Source: Kiritimatiellia bacterium
GTDB taxonomy: Bacteria; Verrucomicrobiota; Kiritimatiellia; RFP12; JBMNHG01
NCBI GenBank assembly: GCA_050950285.1
Contig: JBMNHG010000011.1
Coordinates: 1 to 64,000 of the forward strand
DNA: 64,000 nucleotides
Direction of reading: 5' to 3'
The notes beneath the pieces were generated by a model that saw nothing but the letters and a program-made list of their open reading frames with translations, ran no database searches and was not told the origin of the DNA. A program made the position numbers and the translations under genes. Position 1 is the stretch's first letter. Every line of letters starts with the position of its first letter. This document shows, piece by piece, positions 1-9,184 of the stretch.

Positions 1-143
1 TGTCCCAAGATCAAGCGTGTCCGACCCCGTGGCAGCCTGTCAACCCCGGGAACGCGAGGCGCCGCACTCGCCCCGTCGCCTTCGCCCCCTCGTTCACGTT
101 GACGACTCTACCGTTTCTGCTTTCGTGTACGGGTGTCGCTGTC

Positions 144-503
144 TTATTCTTTTAGTGTTCGATCCTCGCCAAGACCCGCTTCGAAGACGGCCGCGATGTG
201 AAGTTTTGCCCCACAAGCGGCGGCGTAGCGATAAAGGGTGGAGAGGGAAAGATCCTCGCCATTGACGATCTGAGAGATGCGCGGCTGGCTGACGTTCATC
301 CGCTTCGCGATTTCCTTTTGCGTGAGCTTCGACTTTTTAGCGATTTGCCGGGCAATCCCAGCGGCCTCGTTTTCAGCGATCGTCTCGGCGAGGACATCCG
401 CGTACCCCGGCATGGCTTCCGCCTTCCGAGTCAACGCGTTCGTCACAACCATGCGATCCTTCATCCAGGCTTCGCGTTCTTTTTTTGTCATCGGTTTTTT
501 CAC
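144..503 (-). CDS. XRE/HTH_3 helix-turn-helix protein, HigA-like antitoxin or regulator
   Basis: 119 aa ORF with LTQKEIAKRMNVSQPRISQIVNG HTH and STLYRYAAACGAKLHI tail typical of HigA-like antitoxins. Confidence 0.8.
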   Translation of the reverse strand: MKKPMTKKEREAWMKDRMVVTNALTRKAEAMPGYADVLAETIAENEAAGIARQIAKKSKLTQKEIAKRMNVSQPRISQIVNGEDLSLSTLYRYAAACGAKLHIAAVFEAGLGEDRTLKE

Positions 504-595
504 AGTCCAAGTCCTTTCTTGATCGCCAAGGCGTGTTTGAGTGAGGGTTTTCGCTTACCGCTCCGCTGGGAACGTGAACGACGAAGGGTGCCTCA

Positions 596-1281
596 GAGGT
601 GGGGCGACGCCGTCCCGGCGAGCCGCCTTTCCCCCCACCCTTTCCACCATAATCTTGAAAAAGGCTTCGAGATTATGGCGACCTGCACAAAGCCCCAAAG
701 GGGCGGTCTCACCTTAGCCCAGGGCAAGCGCCGCGCCGCCCTGGGATGCAAGGAAAACCCACCGTGGCCTGAAAGGCCACCTCAATCGCCGCTTCAATGG
801 AGCCGCGCCCAAAGTGGACGCGGCGTCCTCGCCGCGTGTCGCCTCCGTCAACAGGGGCACGGGCATTCCTGTCCGTGTTCGTCCACGGGTTGGAAAACCC
901 GTGCCCCCTTTGCCCGCGCCTCGGAGGTGGGGCGACGCCGTCCCGGCGAGCCGCCTTTCCCCCCACCCTTTCCACCATAATCTTGAAAAAGGCTTCGAGA
1001 TTATGGCGACCTGCACAAAGCCCCAAAGGGGCGGTCTCACCTTAGCCCAGGGCAAGCGCCGCGCCGCCCTGGGATGCAAGGAAAACCCACCGTGGCCTGA
1101 AAGGCCACCTCAATCGCCGCTTCAATGGAGCCGCGCCCAAAGTGGACGCGGCGTCCTCGCCGCGTGTCGCCTCCGTCAACAGGGGCACGGACATTCCTGT
1201 CCGTGTTTGTCCACGGGTTGGAAAACCCATGCCCCTTTGCCCGCGCCTCGGAGGTGGGGCGACGCCGTCCCGGCGAGCCGC
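596..1281. repeat. Tandem duplication of about 328 bp made of REP-like palindromes plus one variant CRISPR repeat per unit
   Basis: GAGGTGGGGCGACGCCGTCCCGGCGAGCCGCC starts at 596, 924 and 1251. Units are near identical and contain hairpins CCATAATCTTGAA/TTCGAGATTATGG, CCCAGGGC..GCCCTGGG, GTGGCCT/AGGCCAC and GGGTTGGAAAACCC. Confidence 0.9.
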
Positions 1282-1621
1282 CCCTCGCCCGCGCCCCGGC
1301 GCGGTGCGCCTCAGAAGACAAAACACCCGCGAAAACACAATCACGCTTCAATGGATCCGCGCCGATGAAGGCGCGGAAATTTCGCAGGCAAATGTCCCAA
1401 GATCAAGCACCTCTGCAACAGGGGCACGGACATTCCTGTCCGTGTTTGTCCACGGGTTGGAAAACCCATGCCCCTTTGCCCGCGCCTCGGAGGTGGGGCG
1501 ACGCCGTCCCGGCGAGCCGCCCCTCGCCCGCGCCCCTTTGCACCGTGCGCCTCAGAAGACAAAACACCCGCGAAAACACAATCGCGCTTCAATGGAGCCG
1601 CGCCGATGAAGGCGCGGAAAT
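1176..1621. repeat. Duplication with about 240 bp period that includes the terminal CRISPR repeat and its trailer flank
   Basis: About 1176-1381 recurs as about 1416-1621. CRISPR repeat copies lie at 1346 (one mismatch, GGATCC) and 1586. Confidence 0.85.
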
Positions 1622-3412
1622 GACGAGCTGACCACCATCTTCCGTCCCCGGAAGGATTAGCTTCAATGGAGCCGCGCCGATGAAGGCGCGGAAATCCCCG
1701 AGCTGTGGAGAGATGCTGTGATCGGCTGGCTGCTTCAATGGAGCCGCGCCGATGAAGGCGCGGAAATAGGATAATCCGGCCTTCGGGCCGGGGGATTTCG
1801 CGCCGGGCTTCAATGGAGCCGCGCCGATGAAGGCGCGGAAATCCACAAGGGTCCAGCCGGTGTTGCGCACTTCAACGAGCTTCAATGGAGCCGCGCCGAT
1901 GAAGGCGCGGAAATGCCGCGGAGGGCGCAGCACTGCACGCCGGACGCGCCCCCGGGCTTCAATGGAGCCGCGCCGATGAAGGCGCGGAAATTCGTCCTGG
2001 CACGCGCACGGGCCAGCACGCACGTAGGCGCGGCTTCAATGGAGCCGCGCCGATGAAGGCGCGGAAATGACAAGGTACCGCCAGCATCGTCGCTGAGCAT
2101 GGCGCCGCTTCAATGGAGCCGCGCCGATGAAGGCGCGGAAATGTCCTCCGTCGGAAACGCGCCAGTCCCACACCGCGCATCGCGCCTGCTTCAATGGAGC
2201 CGCGCCGATGAAGGCGCGGAAATTAGGCGCGAACAACGGGCGGACGCGCGACGAGATCAGCGAGCTGCTTCAATGGAGCCGCGCCGATGAAGGCGCGGAA
2301 ATCGCGGGTGCATGGAGATCACGGAGGAGGACGCGCCGAGCCGCCAATGCTTCAATGGAGCCGCGCCGATGAAGGCGCGGAAATTCATGCGCCGCAAGCC
2401 GGTCGCCTCCAGGCAAGAATCGCGCAACTGGCTTCAATGGAGCCGCGCCGATGAAGGCGCGGAAATTCGCGTTCCACGGCGTTCTGGCCCGACGGACGTA
2501 GCGGCCGGCCGGCTTCAATGGAGCCGCGCCGATGAAGGCGCGGAAATTGGCCGTTGAACAAGCGCGTGACGGGCAGAACCGCGCAGGACGCGGCTTCAAT
2601 GGAGCCGCGCCGATGAAGGCGCGGAAATATTCCCTTGAGGACTCGCCGCCGAGCGACACGCTCTTCAACCAAAGCTTCAATGGAGCCGCGCCGATGAAGG
2701 CGCGGAAATACGGAGGGCAGAAAATGAGCCAAGCGTATCATGTGCGACAGAGGCTTCAATGGAGCCGCGCCGATGAAGGCGCGGAAATGGCTATATACGA
2801 CCCCATTTTGCGCCGGAACTGGTTGTCCCCTGGGTCGGCTTCAATGGAGCCGCGCCGATGAAGGCGCGGAAATGCGACACGTCGTGCCGCTGAGTGGCGT
2901 CCGAGCGCCGCAAGAGCTTCAATGGAGCCGCGCCGATGAAGGCGCGGAAATCAGCGGCGCGCTGAAGAGCAGTCGAGCGGCGAGTCGGGCTGGCTTCAAT
3001 GGAGCCGCGCCGATGAAGGCGCGGAAATTCCAAATCGGCAGGGAGTTCTTGGGCTACGAGCGAGCAAGCGCGCTTCAATGGAGCCGCGCCGATGAAGGCG
3101 CGGAAATACGGAATCGGCGTTCGAGGCGGCGACGTCGCCGGGCAAGCAAGCGCTTCAATGGAGCCGCGCCGATGAAGGCGCGGAAATGTTTAGTAACTGG
3201 TCTGACGGCAACACGAGTTCGAGCAGCTTCAATGGAGCCGCGCCGATGAAGGCGCGGAACTTACTGTCGGCACAGTATCCAGCCGCCGGCGTTCGCCGCT
3301 TCAATGGAGCCGCGCCGATGAAGGCGCGGAAATGACCCACGTGGCGCACGGCGTCGGGAGCCACGGACAAAACCAAGCTTCAATGGAGCCGCGCCGATGA
3401 AGGCGCGGAAAT
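1586..3412 (-). CRISPR. Type I-G CRISPR array, 24 repeats and 23 spacers; repeat ATTTCCGCGCCTTCATCGGCGCGGCTCCATTGAAGC (36 nt)
   Basis: Repeats counted at 1586, 1660, 1732 ... 3298, 3377, with spacers of 36-49 nt. The ATTGAAGC 3' end and the leader next to cas2 set the minus orientation. The repeat at 3226 has a variant end. Confidence 0.99.
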
Positions 3413-3633
3413 GGTGCCTACGACAAGCCGTTGCTTGTCAGGGCGTTGCAAAGCCGTTTTCGAGCGGTCTTGGAAACAGTACCCCAAACGGGGTTCCCGA
3501 TCAAGCCAAAAGCGCTTGATAGGGCAAGAAAAAGTCGATTTTCAAAGAGCGTCGAGCGGCGTCCGCAAATTCCACACCATTGGACCGCTCGAAAGCGGAT
3601 GCGTGCGACTGGCCAGCCGACAGACAGCGGAGG
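3413..3633 (-). promoter_or_regulatory. CRISPR leader with a 12 bp inverted repeat
   Basis: Non-coding stretch between the cas2 stop and the first repeat. TTTCGAGCGGTC (3458-3469) pairs with GACCGCTCGAAA (3583-3594), and a partial copy TCGAGCGG lies at 3552. Confidence 0.8.
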
Positions 3634-3927
3634 TCAGACAATCTGGGAGCGTTGCTCCGGTCGCCAGACCTTCCCGACGTAGGCGATGTCCGGGACGGGG
3701 CGTTCGCCCTTCAACGGCGCCGGCGTCGACGAGCAGGGTCTGGTCTTCGCTGGCGTTCATGCGCGCTCTTCAGCTCCTCGATCAGCTCCAGGCGTTCCCG
3801 CGGAGTTGAGCTGGCAGCAGAAGACGGAGTATTGCACGCGTTCGCCCCACCCGCGCATGAGCTTGAAGACGCGCGCCCGGCGTTTGTCGTCCGGTATGTC
3901 GTAGGAAACCAAGTAGAAACGGCGCAT
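3634..3927 (-). CDS. cas2: CRISPR-associated endonuclease Cas2 (two apparent frameshifts)
   Basis: MRRFYLVSYDIPDDKRRARVFKLMRGWGERVQYSVFCCQL continues in other frames as ..EDQTLLVDAG.. and ..DIAYVGKVWRPEQRSQIV*. Confidence 0.9.
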
Positions 3928-3938
3928 GGCGGAATCCT

Positions 3939-5608
3939 TCAGCGTGTGGTGATGCCTGAATAGGACGGGATTTCGCCGCGAAGAACCTTGGCGAGCAGCT
4001 TCGCCTGCACGCGGACCACCGACCGCCATGAACAGCGGTAGTCGAACACGGGATGCGTGATCATCTGGTCGAGGCGCAGCTCGTAGGCGCGAATCAGCGC
4101 CTTCCGGGCGGTGTCGTTCATGGCGCAGCCTGCGGGTCCCGTGATGAAATCGGGCGGAGCCACCATGCCGGTGTTGATGGCGGAGAGGACCGCGGAATCC
4201 GCGACCAACGGGCGGAACTCCTCCATCAGGTCGAGCGCCAGCGCGGGGCGCCCGTGGCGCGGACGGTGGAGAAAGCCCCAGAAAGGATCGAGGCCTTCGG
4301 CGAGCAGGGCGACCGTCGCCTCTTTGACGAGCATGGCGTAGGCAAACGAGAGCATGGCGTTGACCGGGTCTTTCGGGGGGCGGCGGTTGCGCGACGTCGG
4401 CGAGAAGCTTTCCCGAGCCGGCCCTTCGGCAAGCATGGCGCCGAAGTTGGCGAAGTAGAGCGACGCCACGGAGCCCTCGACGCCCAGGAGCTGGTCGGCG
4501 TCCGCGCAGGCGTCGATCCGGGCGGTCAGGCTGGCGCATGCTCGGCAAGCGGGGCGTCAATGTCGCCCGTCGCGTATTCCGCCGCAGCAGGGTGCGCTGG
4601 TTCAGCGCCTTGGCGCGGACGAACGCCCGCGCGAAGCGCGAGGCGGCGGCCGTCGTCCGCCGCGGCGGCGAACTGCGCGGCGCGATCATAGGCGTTGCGC
4701 AGGCCGATGCCCGCCGTGACTCCGTAGAACCAGTGCCCCATCGAAAGGTGGACGACCGGGATGCCGCGCTGGCAGAGCAGGTGGAGGCACTGCGCGGAAA
4801 CGGAAATGTTGCCGCAAAGGACGAGCTGGGACACGTCTTTCAGGGGGAACACGCCCAGTTTCGCATGGCCTTTTTCAACAACCAGGGCTTCGCCGGACTT
4901 GCCGACGCGGGCACCTTGCTCCTGCACGTACAACGGGAGGGCGTCGTCGCGCGCGGGATAGAGACGGCGGATGTCGGGAGGCTCCCCCTGCCGTCCGGTC
5001 AAGAGGTTCGTTTCATCCGGAAGGCAAATGCCCGACAGTGAACAGCCGACACATTTCGGCGAGTCGGTAAGAGGCGGGGGCGGATGCGAGTTGTTGGCAA
5101 CGGCGCGGGCCTCCGAGATCAGGTGCAGGGTGCGGGCTTCAAGTTCGGGCGTGAAATCGACGCGGACACGTCGGCGGGACGCGGCAAAATAAAGCATGCC
5201 GAAATCGGAGGCGTGGCCGTGCTCGCGCAAGAGGAGCCCTTGGCACATGAGCTGGACACGTTCAGGCTCGTAGCAGCGTTGGGGCGTGGGCGGCACGCTG
5301 CCGCGCTTGGTATCCACGGGCACCGCCTGGCCCGCTTCGAGTTCCAGCAGGTCGATCTTGCCGGACAGCCCCAAGGTTTCGGAGCCCAGCGAGACCGAGC
5401 GGGCGATGACGGGCGGATCGTCGGGGTCGTCGGGCGGGGGCGGCAATGGATCGTCTTCGCCGTCGATGCGGGAATGGACGGAGCGCCCATGAACCGTATA
5501 GTCATTATCCTCCCATCGCTCCCCTACGAACATGAGGTGAAAAAGGCGCGGACAGTAGGCGTACTCGTTCACCATGCGCACGGGCAGGATGGCGGGGGAT
5601 TCGCTCAT
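3939..5608 (-). CDS. cas4/cas1: Cas4/Cas1 fusion (frameshifted around 4500-4700)
   Basis: Cas4 part: YCPR, GKIDLLE, VDTKRG, KCVGCSLSGIC. Cas1 part: LYVQEQGARVGK, RNRRPPKDPVNAMLSFAY, GFLHRPRHGRPALALDLMEEFRP. Confidence 0.93.
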
Positions 5609-5675
5609 CGTGAAACATCTCCGCTTGGTTTTCTTTTTCCAACAGCAATGTGGGGCGGTTTCTTTCTATCGCCCC

Positions 5676-6569
5676 CTAAACTTGCCTCGCAGGAGTGAAA
5701 TTACGTTTTTGATCGATGACGATTCGCTGACTGCGGAAGACTGCGGAAACACCGATCAAAGAAAGCGCTGCCGCATCTGGCTCGTCCCGCTGAAGTTCTG
5801 CGTGAGCAAGCAACGATCGGCAGACGTCCAAAGTGATCGGAACATTCCAAATCGGCCATGTAAAGAAAGTGTCGTTACTTTTTCTGCCCTTGAAACCCGT
5901 CGTCTCGAGCGTGCGCGTTGTCGGCATCACCGGGAAAAGGGGAAGCGCCTCAATCGCCAGACGGTTGGCGCCGCGGACATTCGTTGCCTTTTCATCGCTT
6001 GGGGCTTTCCAACGCAGAGCGTAGCGGCGATCGTCGGCGGGGTCCCAACGCATGGAGAAATCAACATCAGCATAACGCCATGGGCCAAAAAGCGCTTCTC
6101 GCAACTGCTTGAGCGAAGTAAGCTTGCATATCTCATTCATGAACTTAAGAAAATGCTGGTGGCCGGAACCGCTCATCGTACGCCATGCGGTATCAGAATT
6201 GATTGCAGGCTTGTATCGATCGGGAACTGAAGCGTCCCCCAATGCGGCAATGAATTCAAGATCCCAAGTCGAACCAGAAAACCATTTTTCACGAGCCGCT
6301 AAAACAGCCTCGCGAAACTTATCGACAGGCATCTGCGGGTTGTTGGCCATCGTAAGCGGCGGGGCGTCTTTGCGAGCTCTAAGAATCCGAGCAAGGGAAA
6401 GGATCGAGGGTTGCTTTTTTGTTTTGAGAACAGGCGTCCACTTGCCGCCATCTTGCATCCAAAACATCTGGGCGGAGCCGGCTTCATCGAGAACCCGAAA
6501 AGCACCCAGGGCTGCGAGAAACCCAAGGGGATTCGCGCCATCAATGCCAGTTAGAACAAAGTCGCTCAT
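5676..6569 (-). CDS. Type I-G large subunit, Cas8u2/Csb3-like
   Basis: 297 aa ORF overlapping the cas3 stop, with LTGIDGANPLGFLAALG, RWDPADDRRYAL, GANRLAIEALPLFP and FTWPIW motifs typical of the small I-U large subunit. Confidence 0.8.
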   Translation of the reverse strand: MSDFVLTGIDGANPLGFLAALGAFRVLDEAGSAQMFWMQDGGKWTPVLKTKKQPSILSLARILRARKDAPPLTMANNPQMPVDKFREAVLAAREKWFSGSTWDLEFIAALGDASVPDRYKPAINSDTAWRTMSGSGHQHFLKFMNEICKLTSLKQLREALFGPWRYADVDFSMRWDPADDRRYALRWKAPSDEKATNVRGANRLAIEALPLFPVMPTTRTLETTGFKGRKSNDTFFTWPIWNVPITLDVCRSLLAHAELQRDEPDAAALSLIGVSAVFRSQRIVIDQKRNFTPARQV

Positions 6570-9184
6570 GGATTCTCCTCCATGCTGACCTGCCAGTCGG
6601 CAAGCCGCAAGACGGTTTCAAGATAGGCCAGCCCCCACCATCCGCATTCACGGGTGAGGGACCAGAAACGCTCGGCGACACCCGAGTCGAGGCGGTGCGC
6701 AGGCGCGGCGATGCGTTCTTCACGACTCAAAGCCACGCCCCCCACGTCCACGGGGGGCGGATCATCGTCGCGAACAGGCGGCGCAAACGGGCGGGCGTGG
6801 CCGTGGTGCGCTGCAATGAGGTGAAGCGTGAGGTCGTCGCTCACACCCAGTTTCTGCGCAAGCTGGACGGACAGCATCTCATGGCGAAACCCTCGCGGGA
6901 GCGTCGATTTTCGCAAGGCCCTTTCTCGGTCGGCAAGCGCATTCGGCATGGACGACGACTTTGCGAAAAGCGTGTCTTGCGCCCAGGCAAGATTGAGGTC
7001 GCCCCCGAGGAGCATGGCCTGGAATCGTTCATCGGCCTTCCCGAGATCATGATAGGCCGCGGCATCTCGGACAGCCGTCTGAGCAAAGTCTGGAAGCGCG
7101 GCTTGGACATGATCAAGATGCTCCTTCAGAGACACCGAGACGGAAGCATGTGAAAGGGCGTCGTCTTCGTCGTCTCCGCCAGAGGCTTGTCCTGCACATG
7201 AAAGCATGATGCCACATCCTCCGGGATACCGATCAACGCGGACGGGAGAGACAAAATCCGCCAGCGGAGCAAATCTGTCGGGATCTTCACATGCGGCTTG
7301 GTGAAGGATGGCAGGCAGATCCCGTGCGGCGATGTCGTTGTCCGGCGTTTTGGCGAAATCGAGGAGCGTCGCCACGGCACCTTCGGCGCCTTCCGGATTT
7401 GAAAGGGCGGGAGGGATGCGGAACACGCGGCGACGCCTCATGACCCAATAGGCTTTTTCAGCTTGATCGGAATAAGACGCCGAATCAAAAGCCGTGCTTT
7501 CCGCCATGACAACCGTATCGCCCGGACGGAGGTGCATCGGGTCGGAGAGAATGAAGCTGTCTTCAGGCCCGCGCCAGACAAGGAGCGTTTCCTGGACTTT
7601 CCCGCCATCCGCCTCGTCCTGAACGACGCCGGCGACATCGCCGAAGTCCATCAATTTTCCTTCTTGCGCCCATTGTCGAAATTGGTGGATGGGAACGGGA
7701 AGGCATTCAACGGCAAGAGGCGGCAGCATGGACAACGTTGCGACCCACTTTTCAGGATCGTCGGGAAGATCGGCCCGCCAGCAAAGTTGAATGTCGGCAG
7801 ATGTCCGTTGGGAGCCATGAATGAAGAGGGAAACCTCGGGTTGGGCGGCCGGTTCGGGAGCGGTCTGGCAGAGTGCGTCGAGATGGGAGGGCAGCAGAAC
7901 AGGGGCGTCTTGTGTGGGTGACAGCAAGTCGGAGGAACCCTTGGGCAACCGGGACAGCCCGAAATCGACGTTCGGCAACCCCTTGAGCCACGCCCATGTG
8001 GCCTTGAGCGCTGGGCCGTAGATGAAGTCGTCATCAGAGGCTTCCTTGGGGAAGACGATGACAGCCTGGGCGGCAATGTCACGGCCTGCTCGGTTGAGAC
8101 GCCCAAAACGTTGGCGAAGGGCATCCAGGCTGGCGCATTCGGTGACGAGGGCGTCAAAGTCGAAATCGGCGCCGACTTCAAGGCACTGCGTCGATACGAC
8201 AATGCGAGTTCCGTTGAGTGCGCAATCGTTCCCCGTGCGCAATTCGCTTTGCAAGGTGGCGGTCAATTCATCGCGATCGAATGGACGCATGCGACCGACA
8301 AGGAGCGTAGAGCCCTTGAGCTTTGCAGCAACCGCTTTTGCAGTCGCGACACGATTCACCATGACGGCAAGCGAACGGGGTTTGCCATCGAGCAGTTCAT
8401 TCGCCTCTTTGACAAGCGCGTCGACCAGCTTTCCTTTGTCAGACTCTACAAGGCGAGTTGGCTTGGAGGCTTCGAGACGGGGCTTAAGGACGTCATGGGT
8501 GCGGTCGGCATCCGAAAGGTGTAAAACCGATTGGGTGTCCTCAGGTGGTGTTGCGGTCATCTGCACAAAGGCGAAAGGAGTCGTCGAGGGCTGCCGATAT
8601 CGAGAGATGGCGGCGAGTGTCTGGGCAAAGGGGCGGCTGATATGCGCTTCGTCAAGCAAGACAAGGGCATCGTTGGCGGTCAATGCTGCGTGGATCGGCC
8701 AAGAGGACGGTGAGACGCCGTAACCGCGGAAGAGCATCCGCGAGCCAAGTTGATCGATGGTCGTAGAGACGACGAGGGGCTGGGTGACGGAGCGAACCCA
8801 TGTGGAGTCTCGGTAGATGCCACCGCGTAACTGCACACAGTCTAGGGGAGAATCTGTCCCGGAAAGATCGCGCAATGCGGCGGCGACTTTGGCGACCTCC
8901 GGTTGATCGGGGCGCGGATTGGCAAGGGCGGCGGCGATGCGCTGGGCTCGCTCAAATGCCTCGTCGACGATGATGCGCCGATTGACCGTATAGAATATTC
9001 TGCGGCATCTACCTGTTACAGCGAGCGCGAAAATGGCGGCATCGATCGCGACGGTCTTTCCACTGCCGGTGGGCACGGCGATAAATTCGGGCCACTCGTC
9101 AGCACAGGCGAGGCGGGCCAGTTCGGATTGCCAAGGGAAAGGGGAATAGTTGTGGAGTTGTGTGAAAAATGCTTCAAAGTTCAT
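6566..9184 (-). CDS. cas3: Type I-G Cas3 helicase with C-terminal HD nuclease
   Basis: PFPWQ, PTGSGKT, DEAH, TAT, STQCLEVGADFD and QRFGRLNR helicase motifs; C-terminal EHL..V, HDLGK, RHE, HHG, RLAD. Confidence 0.96.
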   Translation of the reverse strand: MNFEAFFTQLHNYSPFPWQSELARLACADEWPEFIAVPTGSGKTVAIDAAIFALAVTGRCRRIFYTVNRRIIVDEAFERAQRIAAALANPRPDQPEVAKVAAALRDLSGTDSPLDCVQLRGGIYRDSTWVRSVTQPLVVSTTIDQLGSRMLFRGYGVSPSSWPIHAALTANDALVLLDEAHISRPFAQTLAAISRYRQPSTTPFAFVQMTATPPEDTQSVLHLSDADRTHDVLKPRLEASKPTRLVESDKGKLVDALVKEANELLDGKPRSLAVMVNRVATAKAVAAKLKGSTLLVGRMRPFDRDELTATLQSELRTGNDCALNGTRIVVSTQCLEVGADFDFDALVTECASLDALRQRFGRLNRAGRDIAAQAVIVFPKEASDDDFIYGPALKATWAWLKGLPNVDFGLSRLPKGSSDLLSPTQDAPVLLPSHLDALCQTAPEPAAQPEVSLFIHGSQRTSADIQLCWRADLPDDPEKWVATLSMLPPLAVECLPVPIHQFRQWAQEGKLMDFGDVAGVVQDEADGGKVQETLLVWRGPEDSFILSDPMHLRPGDTVVMAESTAFDSASYSDQAEKAYWVMRRRRVFRIPPALSNPEGAEGAVATLLDFAKTPDNDIAARDLPAILHQAACEDPDRFAPLADFVSPVRVDRYPGGCGIMLSCAGQASGGDDEDDALSHASVSVSLKEHLDHVQAALPDFAQTAVRDAAAYHDLGKADERFQAMLLGGDLNLAWAQDTLFAKSSSMPNALADRERALRKSTLPRGFRHEMLSVQLAQKLGVSDDLTLHLIAAHHGHARPFAPPVRDDDPPPVDVGGVALSREERIAAPAHRLDSGVAERFWSLTRECGWWGLAYLETVLRLADWQVSMEENP

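Noticed and set aside
596..3412. CRISPR-associated transposon (CAST)
   Set aside because: No tnsABC or tniQ genes, cas3 is intact, and the IS1634 is about 20 kb from the cas genes with its own TSD.
1341..3420. Many short ORFs across the CRISPR array
   Set aside because: They are translations of repeats and spacers (FNGAAPMKARK, LQWSRADEGAE), not genes.
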